From: Rebecca billardiae RCC1528
Taxonomy: Eukaryota; Protista; Haptophyta
DNA length: 64,000 nt
NCBI GenBank assembly: GCA_965240325.2
Contig: OZ251228.1
Location: 1,860,001 to 1,924,000, forward strand
Direction of reading: 5' to 3'
The notes beneath the pieces are model-generated. The model made no database searches. It was not told the DNA's origin and was given only the letters and a program-made list of their open reading frames with translations. Positions 56,301 through 64,000 of this stretch are shown here, piece by piece (the stretch's first letter is position 1; each line of letters opens with the position of its first letter). The translations under genes were made by a program, and so were the position numbers.

Positions 56301-56980
56301 GCTACACGACTGCGTTTGAATTGCGCGTGTCGACGCACTCTGTCATGCCCGTGCGTGGGCAGTGTACGTCCTCATGTTGCGGGCGCACGCGCGCGCCTGG
56401 TCGCAGTAACCATAGGCCTACCCGACACCAACGATTTTGGGTCCTGCACGGTCATCAGGTGGGCGCAGTGCACGTGCGTGCGCGGTGCGAGTTGCATCCG
56501 AGCCGCGACGCCTTTGCGCGCGCTGATGCTCGCGTTGGCGGAGAGAGGCGAGGAGCGACCGCCGACGCGTACCTGGGGACTACGTATGACCTTGGTCGAC
56601 TACCAGGCTCGTCGCGTCCGCGCGCACGGGCCGTATTCGTCCGCACCGACGCTCGCGAGGTCCGCTCGCAGCGGCACCGGGGGCACGGTGCCGCCTTTCA
56701 CGGGTTTGAGTCACAAGCCTACGGCCCGCCATAAACGCGAGACCGGAGCGCGCGCGCTAGTCATCGGCGCAATTAACCGCCGATCGCCTGAGCGAGGGCC
56801 CGCTCTGAGGCGGTCCGCCCGCGAGGCCGTGCAAGTCCGTGCTCGTCTAATTTGGAGTCATGATCAGTCGTCTATTCTAGTAGTTAAAGATCGGATAATG
56901 ACGGGCCCCGCGCAGATGACTGCTTCGCGGCTCATGCCGCCACCGGCGCTCTTTCCCCTGCTCGTACCACCCCCGGGGGC

Positions 56981-58003
56981 CTACCCCGCCTTCTTCGCCG
57001 CAGCCTCAAAGTTGGAGCGCACCCGGCCGAGCAGGTACTCGCCCGCCGTGATGGGCTCGTGCCCGTCAGACTCGATCACAGCGTCTCGGTCCGCCTGCAT
57101 GAAGAAGGCGATGGAGTAGCGCGGCCTGGGCGGGGTCGCCTCCTCCTTGGTGGGCATGCGTACGCGGTGCAAGTTCGACAGCAGCCGCCCGTTCGACCAG
57201 CGGCCGAGCATGTCGCCGATGTTGACAGCGATGCCGCCCTCGACTGGGTCCACGCGCAGCCAGCCACCGCCCGCGCCGCCAGTCGCGCGCGGGTTGGCCG
57301 CGCACTCGAGGCCCTCGTTGCCCGGGCGCTGGAAGAGGAGGGTGACGCAGCACCAGTCCGTGTGCGGCCCCGCGCGCCAGTACCCCGCCGGCATCTCCTC
57401 CGGCTTCTCCACCGGCGGGTAGTGCAGCAGGCGCAGCGTGCACTGGCCCTGAGGGCCCCACAGCGTGTGCGAGCGCGCAAGCGTGCCGGCCGCGTTGGAC
57501 GGGCAGGCGGAGGGCTCGAGGAGGGAGAGAACGCGGCAGCCGAGTGCGTGCGCCTGGTCCATCAGCGTGCGCACCGCCGGCTCGAGCTCCCCAGGATGCG
57601 ACGGCCAGCGCCCATCCATCGCGCCCTCACGCGCCGTGATCTGCAGCGACTCCTTCTGATCTGCCGTGTTGGTCGACGGGCGCACCTGCGCCATGTACTC
57701 GTAGCCCACGTTATGGTCTTTCACGAACGGCGACTGAGCGGCCTTGATCTCGCGCGGCTGCGCGAAGAACCCCGCCGACGCCTCGAACGCCGCGTCGATC
57801 GTCTCCTTGGCGATGCCGTGGTGGACGAGCGAAAAGAAGCCGACCGAGCTGGCGGCATCGAACATCTCGCGGGAGCACGCCTCGTCGTCCTGTCGCATGT
57901 CGATGGTGGGGACGGCGCCCTCCGCCGCCTCCTTGGCCCCGAGGCCCGACGCCAGTAGCTCGCGCTCGATCGCCACCTCGGCGGGCTCGTCGTCGTTGGG
58001 CAT
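56981..58003 (-). CDS. 2OG-Fe(II) oxygenase, copy 2
   Basis: Almost identical to 40853-41872 (one N-terminal codon indel, T>A and M>V changes). Confidence 0.92.
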   Translation of the reverse strand: MPNDDEPAEVAIERELLASGLGAKEAAEGAVPTIDMRQDDEACSREMFDAASSVGFFSLVHHGIAKETIDAAFEASAGFFAQPREIKAAQSPFVKDHNVGYEYMAQVRPSTNTADQKESLQITAREGAMDGRWPSHPGELEPAVRTLMDQAHALGCRVLSLLEPSACPSNAAGTLARSHTLWGPQGQCTLRLLHYPPVEKPEEMPAGYWRAGPHTDWCCVTLLFQRPGNEGLECAANPRATGGAGGGWLRVDPVEGGIAVNIGDMLGRWSNGRLLSNLHRVRMPTKEEATPPRPRYSIAFFMQADRDAVIESDGHEPITAGEYLLGRVRSNFEAAAKKAG

Positions 58004-58091
58004 CCCGCCACGTCCGCAGCGCCCCTTCGTCGCGCGAGGTACCAGACTTGGTTCACGCCTTCACCGATGATGAGTTCCCGGACGCGCAACT

Positions 58092-61000
58092 TCAGGCGAG
58101 TGAGGTGCCCCGGGCACCTCAAGCGCGCGTTCGCGCAAAAGTCCGCACCGCCGATTTTTCACAGTGCGCGGCAATTTCTGGCGCGCTATTTTCTGATTTT
58201 CCGCCGTGCGTGGCGCCGCCGCGTCGCGCGCGCTCTCGACGCGCGCGAGCTGCGCGCGCGTGGCGGCGGGTTTGGCCGCGCGGCACTGGGACGGCTGGGT
58301 CCGCACGGCCGAGGAGGCCACTCTTGCCGCGGTGGTCGCGGCGCGGGGACGTCTCCGCCGCTCGCAAACCTCCCGCGAGCGCCTCGCGCCGCCTCGCGCC
58401 GCCTTCACGCCGTCTCCGCGCGCCAACTGCACGCTCTGGACGCCTCGGCGGCAGAGACGCGCGCGGCGCGGTTGTGTGCCGCGTAGGCTGGGCCCATGCG
58501 CGTCCGCTGCCGGTGCGCCCCGACCACGCGCGCGCGCATCCCAGACCTCTCGCCTCACGCGTCGCCGCCGAGCACGGCCGTGCACCGCAGTCCGCCGTGG
58601 TGCCGCCCGCGCGGCCGAGCGAGCAGGCGGCGCGTTGTGGAGCGTGTGACGCGCGAGGCGGGAAGGCTTCCGAGCGCCCGAGCCACCGCCGACCGGCGGC
58701 GCGCACGCGATTGGCTCGAGCCATGGGCGCCGACGGCGCGCGCGCGCGCTGAGCCAGCTGAAGACTTGTGCGCCATGGCACGGCAGCCGCCAATCGCGGC
58801 GCGCGGGCGTGCTGTGCGGCAGGCGCGCTCGGTGCGGGCGCTTCGGGGCGTGGCCTCGCGAGAACGGAGCCCCTGGAAGCGCGACGCCTGTGAGCTCGCC
58901 CCGACCCGAGTGAGTGTGCGCGCATCTGTCAGCAGCACGGGGTGGCCGTCGTCATGAGCCATGGCCTGGTCACTGCCGCGCTGGGTGTCGACCAGGCACA
59001 AAGAACAAGCGAGCATGCGCACTTTTGAAGTTCTCGCATGCGTGGTGCGGCGCTGTGCGTGCACGATCATGCTGGTGCATGCGAGACCATTCAGCAGGGC
59101 TGTGCGCGTTATTGATCTCCGTACCGGCAGAAGGCTGGCATCCCGGTGTCCAACGCTGCACCTACGCTGACACCTTGAGACGCTCTTGTCAGCCAGAACG
59201 CGCGCTTCGAGCGCCGCGTGCCCAGGTAGCACGACCCACTACTTCCTGGCTTACGTCAGCCCATGTCGGATGACCTGAGCAGCAGTTGGCGTCATCGTGC
59301 GCGGGGGCGCGCGCAAGCCGACTCTCACTCTGCCCGACGTGCGAGGGCGTCGGGCGGGGGCGTGTGCGCACGAATCGAGTGTCAGCAGCAGCGCTCGCTC
59401 GCGCTCACCGGCGAGAGACGTCTGCTCGCAAGTCGTCTGGGTCAGCAGGCTACCAGCCGTGATAGACGTTGCAGCAGATGGGTTGGAAGGCTCGACCGCA
59501 CGCCGGGCACCAGGAGGGCGTGAGCGACCGGAACCGCAGCCGCGCCTGCGTCCGCGAGAGGGCTGAGCACCTGGACCTTGCGCGTCGCCCTGTCTGGGCG
59601 TTGGACCAGATGTCTGTACCCCGCCCTCAGCGTCGCGCGCGGGCTCTGAGCCTGCTGGCGTCTCAACGGCCTACTCGTCCGCGCTGTTGTCGCCATCATC
59701 GAGGGAATCACGACCGTCGGCCAGATCGTCGAGCTCGAGCGTGGCAGCCCATCGGGCCACCGTCTTCCTCGTCACCCATACCGACCATACCGGCCTCCCG
59801 CTCGCCACCCTGAGCTATGCGCCTTCGACAGAGCTCTCGCGCGCGCACGCCATCACAAAGGCTGGCACCCCACCACCCTTCAGGGCTGCCGGGAACTTGT
59901 TGGTGAGCAGTGGGTCTGCGCAGACGCGGCTGCTCCCCGACCGTGCGCCGTGAGTGAGAGAGCTGCCGTGGCGCGCCCGCCTCGGAGTGAGCAGGCCAGC
60001 AACACTGCAGCCATAGCTCTGTGCGCTTCTCACACTGGAGGGCTACGACTTCTGACCAGTAGAGTCGCTCTCTCTGTCAATGGAAGCACGTGGCTGGCAT
60101 CGGACAGACGCTCAGATGAAACGCGTCAGGCAGCATGCGAATGCTCGCATCCGTGCGCGCAAGCGCACGCGGGCCCAGGTAGCGCCAGAAGCCATATAAC
60201 TACTCTTCACGCGGCGCTGTTGCCGTGTGTCGTGGCGCGCTCAGCGCGGCAGTGACCAGGCCATGGCTCATGACGACGGCCACCCCGTGCTGCTGCGTGT
60301 GCCGATCCCTGACAGATGCGCGCACACTCACTCGGGCCGGGGCGAGCTCACAGGCGTCGCGCTTCCAGGGGCTCCGTTCTCGCGAGGCCACGCCCCGAAG
60401 CGCCCGCACCGAGCGCGCCTGCCGCACAGCACGCCCGCGCGCCGCGATTGGCGGCTGCCGTGCCATGGCGCACAAGTCTTCAGCTGGCTCAGCGCGCGCG
60501 CGCGCCGTCGGCGCCCATGGCTCGAGCCAATCGCGTGCGCGCCGCCGGTCGGCGGTGGCTCGGGCGCTCGGAAGCCTTCCCGCCTCGCGCGTCACACGCT
60601 CCACAACGCGCCGCCTGCTTGCTCGGCCGCGCGGGCGGCACCACGGCGGACTGCGGTGCACGGCCGTGCTCGGCGGCGACGCGTGAGGCGAGAGGTCTGG
60701 GATGCGCGCGCGCGTGGTCGGGGCGCACCGGCAGCGGACGCGCATGGGCCCAGCCTACGCGGCACACAACCGCGCCGCGCGCGTCTCTGCCGCCGAGGCG
60801 TCCAGAGCGTGCAGTTGGCGCGCGGAGACGGCGTGAAGGCGGCGCGAGGCGGCGCGAGGCGCTCGCGGGAGGTTTGCGAGCGGCGGAGACGTCCCCGCGC
60901 CGCGACCACCGCGGCAAGAGTGGCCTCCTCGGCCGTGCGGACCCAGCCGTCCCAGTGCCGCGCGGCCAAACCCGCCGCCACGCGCGCGCAGCTCGCGCGC

Positions 61001-62774
61001 GTCGAGAGCGCGCGCGACGCGGCGGCGCCACGCACGGCGGAAAATCAGAAAATAGCGCGCCAGAAATTGCCGCCCACTGTGAAAAATCGGCGGTGCGGAC
61101 TTTTGCGCGAACGCGCGCTTGAGGTGCCCGGGGCTTATCCCACAAACCCACGGGAGGGCGGTCGGCTGAAAGAGCGCCCGGACCGCAGCGATCTCATGAG
61201 ATCGCTGCGGTCCGGGCGCTCTTTCATACGGTTCGCGCGTGCGCGGGGTGTGCCGGCGCTCTGCCGGCGGACCGGCGGTGAGCCCGCAGGGAAGCGACGT
61301 TCGCCGCGGTTGCGCGCGCTGAACGCGCATCTTGGCGCCTCGCGCGCTAGTCACGCACGCGCTAGTGACAGATCACTACCGCATGCGTCATCTCTTCGTC
61401 CGCCAAGCCTGCTCCTTGGGCGCTCGCTTCGCGTCATCGGTCAGAGCGGCGCTGTGCGAGCCGAATGTCAGCTTGGCCGGGCCGATTGCCGCAAGCGCAC
61501 ATCGGCATCGTGCACGGAGGAAGCGGCACTGATGCTGCGCGTGTGCCTGTCCTTGTTGATACTGTTGCCGTCTGCTGCGCTGTGCAACGCGTCGACGCGG
61601 CTCACCTGACACGGGCAGCCCAACTTGTTCCTTGGCACTCAGCTGGTCTGATGATCAGCGAAGGCGGATCTGTCGTTCACACGCGCGCGCTGCCTGATGC
61701 GTCTATGGTCAGCGCCGCGCGGCATGGAGATAAACAAGTCAGCACGTGAGTCAACTCTCCCGCCCGCTACGCAGTGCTATGATGACTGCTCGATCAGTCA
61801 TCATAGCGCCCCCCGACCAGCAGCCGCGGCGACGGGCGAGGCGGCACCCACCGACGCGCCGAAGACCGAGTCTGCGCTCGCGTCGGCGATGAAGTGCTCA
61901 GCGGTCAAGACGGAGACGCGCTGGCGCTCGATGGTGCCGGCTCAGGAAAGCTGTCGGCACGACGGCCGTCTCGGCCAGGCTGCACGCGCACGCGACGACG
62001 ACGCGGCGGTGGATCTTGACGACCTGATGACCGAATTGGCGCCGGCGGTCGGTGGCGAGCGACGACGAGCCGCTGATGCGCCTGACAGCTGACATGACGC
62101 TGAGTGACACTGACGGGTATGAGCGCGAGAGGTTGCTGACGATGCGTGTATACAAACACGGTGTATGTAGTCGTATGCCCCGGCGGCGAAGGTCTGACAG
62201 CAGCAGCATAGTAACACTACATATGCGCCCAGCAGTCAGCACACAGATCGTCAATCAGCAATCAGACATCGTCAATCTCTTACCAGCCCGCAGCCTGCGA
62301 AATCCGCCATTTTGGCCGGTTTTGCTCGAAACATCCACACCTTGACACCGGTGGGAGAACGAGCCTGTTGCAGGTGCCGAACCCGTGTTTGCCGCCGAGC
62401 ACGTCCGCGCACGCCGGCAAGCGAGCGTTGCGCATCCACGCCAAACACATGCGCACCAGGCAGACGCGAGAACTCGCCCTTAAAAGCCCTCCTGCGCGCG
62501 CGCGCGCGCGTTGCGGCGCGGCGGGCGGGCGGGCGTGATGCGTTGCACGCAAAGCAGATGGTGCCTGCGCGCGGCGAGGGCGGCGAGGGAGGGCGGGAGC
62601 GCGCGCGAATGAGGCCGGTAGGTGTCCTGACCCGCGCCCGCAGCGCGCGCGCACCCGCAGCGGCCGTATGTGAGCGAACGAGCGCGCCGCGCGTGGCCGC
62701 CATCGTGTCGCTGTGCGGTTGGGGGCGCCGCCCGTGGGTTTGTGGGATAAGCCCGGGGCACCTCACTCGCCTGA
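58092..62774. mobile_element. Long-TIR DNA element (~840-bp arms) with nested M1
   Basis: Termini TCAGGCGAGTGAGG / CCTCACTCGCCTGA; AACT on both sides; empty site gacgcAACTccag at about 41960; 58092-58930 is inverted versus 60311-61131 plus 62757-62774. Confidence 0.85.
61132..62753. mobile_element. Element M1, copy 2 (inverted relative to copy 1)
   Basis: Same TIRs; TSD CGG; empty site in the opposite arm at about 58102-58120. Confidence 0.88.
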
Positions 62775-62910
62775 AACTCCAGGGAGCGTCTGCGCACAAG
62801 GCTCGCGCTAGCCGGCCAGGTCGATCACACCGGCTGCACCAAGGGGCCTTCATTCGGCAAAGCCGGGCGACGCGCGCGCCAGCCGGTGCGCTACGCACAA
62901 GCTGGTCGGC

Positions 62911-64000
62911 ATGGTCGACGTAACGAGCCCCAAGTGTGATCACACCGGCTGCACCAAGCGGCCTTCGTTCGGCATGCCGGGCGACGCGCGCGCCAGCCGG
63001 TGCGCTACGCACAAGCTGGCCGGCATGGCCGACGTGAAGAACCCCAAGTGTGATCACGCGGGCTGCACCAAGGGGCCTTCTTTCGGCATGCCGGGCGACG
63101 CGCGCGCCAGCCGGTGCGCCACGCACCAGCTGGCCGGCATGGTCAACGTGGTGAGCCCCATGTGTGATCACACCGGCTGCACCAAGTGGCCTTCGTTCGG
63201 CATGCCGGGCGACGCGCGCGCCAGCCGGTGCGCCACGCACAAGCTGGCCGGCATGGTCAACGTGGTGAGCCCCACGTGTGATCACACCGGCTGCACCAAG
63301 GGGCCTTCGTTCGGCATGCCAGGCGACGCGCGCGCCAGCCGGTGCGCTACGCACAAGCTGGCCGGCATGGTCGACATCAAGAACCCCAAGTGTGATCACG
63401 CGGGCTGCACCAAGCAGCCTTCGTTCGGCATGCCGGGCGACGCGCGCGCCAGCCGGTGCACTACGCACAAGCTGGCCGGCATGGTGGACGTGAGGAGCCC
63501 CACGTGTGATCACACCGGCTGCACCAAGGGGCCTTCGTTCGGCATGCCGGGCGACGCGCGCGCCAGCCGGTGCGCTACGCACAAGCTGGCCGGCATGGTC
63601 GACGTGAAGAACCCCAAGTGTGATCACGCGGGCTGCACCACGCGGCCGTACTTCGGCATGCCGGGCGATACGCGCCCCAGCCGGTGCGCTACGCACAAGC
63701 TGGCCGGCATGGTGGACGTGGTGCACCCCAAGTGCGGTGAGGCCGGCTGTACCACACGGCCTTCGTTCGCCATGCCGGGCGTAGCGCGCGCCAGCCGATG
63801 CGCTACGCACAAGCTGGCCGGCATGGTCGACGTGAAGAGCCCCACGTGTGATCACGCGGGCTGCACCACACGGCCTTCGTTCGGCATGCTGGGCGACGCG
63901 CGCGCCAGCCGGTGCGGTACGCACAAGCTGGCAGGCATGCTTCCGCTGTCACGTGGCAACAGCAGCGTTCACGTGGCCAAGAGCTCGGCCTCCATGCACT
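62911..64000 (+). CDS. EsV-1-7-type repeat protein, copy 4 (9 repeats; runs off the window end)
   Basis: ATG at 62911, nine 114-bp units, then the MLPLSRGNSS tail shared with copy 3; absent from the ORF track because it has no stop in the window. Confidence 0.85.
   Translation, partial: MVDVTSPKCDHTGCTKRPSFGMPGDARASRCATHKLAGMADVKNPKCDHAGCTKGPSFGMPGDARASRCATHQLAGMVNVVSPMCDHTGCTKWPSFGMPGDARASRCATHKLAGMVNVVSPTCDHTGCTKGPSFGMPGDARASRCATHKLAGMVDIKNPKCDHAGCTKQPSFGMPGDARASRCTTHKLAGMVDVRSPTCDHTGCTKGPSFGMPGDARASRCATHKLAGMVDVKNPKCDHAGCTTRPYFGMPGDTRPSRCATHKLAGMVDVVHPKCGEAGCTTRPSFAMPGVARASRCATHKLAGMVDVKSPTCDHAGCTTRPSFGMLGDARASRCGTHKLAGMLPLSRGNSSVHVAKSSASMH

Larger units (their letters stand above)
50361..56487. 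mobile_element. Long-TIR foldback element (arms at least 1.2 kb); left end lost in the gap
   Basis: 50361-50981 plus 53367-53972 is the reverse complement of 55263-56487. Confidence 0.7.
56732..64000 (+). repeat. Segmental duplicate of about 40622-42961 (oxygenase + EsV-1-7 gene pair), interrupted by a 4.7-kb insertion
   Basis: Near-identical coding and flanking sequence in the same orientation. Confidence 0.9.

Noticed and set aside
50361-62774. Autonomous transposase inside the foldback elements or MITEs
   Set aside because: No DDE, HUH, tyrosine recombinase or reverse transcriptase motif recognised in any ORF
62272-63924. Long minus-strand ORF with HAGQLVRSAPAGARV repeats (also 28420-29916 and 41593-42885)
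   Set aside because: Antisense shadow of the Cys3His repeat genes
1-64000. Endogenous giant virus or Polinton, suggested by EsV-1-7, SNF2 and DUF5710 genes
   Set aside because: No capsid, DNA polymerase B, packaging ATPase or integrase; intron-containing host-type genes are interspersed

Overview
GC-rich eukaryotic DNA with GT-AG introns, microsatellites and a 100-N gap; the composition and intron style suggest an alga, possibly a haptophyte (inference only). The window has three layers. (1) Four intronless genes built from tandem 114-bp (38-aa) Cys3His EsV-1-7-type repeats, with 10, 8, 7 and 9 units. Their scaffold is nearly invariant, variation is concentrated in a few positions, and unit types are shared and re-ordered between copies, which makes them a candidate modular zinc-repeat binding system. 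(2) A loose group of bacterial-type nitrogen-salvage genes: a BiuH-TrtA fused cysteine hydrolase, a GGCT-like/DUF1116 (AllG/YlbE) fusion, a duplicated 2OG-Fe(II) oxygenase and a UreH/NiCoT-like nickel transporter. Other genes are SNF2 helicase, F-box/RCC1, VOC-fold, SGNH and a large multi-exon gene. (3) Many non-autonomous mobile elements: a Helitron2/Helentron-like family with shared ends and different cargo, a Pack-MULE-like element, long-TIR foldback elements, and Harbinger-like MITEs stacked at one site. Several target-site duplications are confirmed by empty sites inside the window. No transposase, rRNA, tRNA or CRISPR array was recognised.
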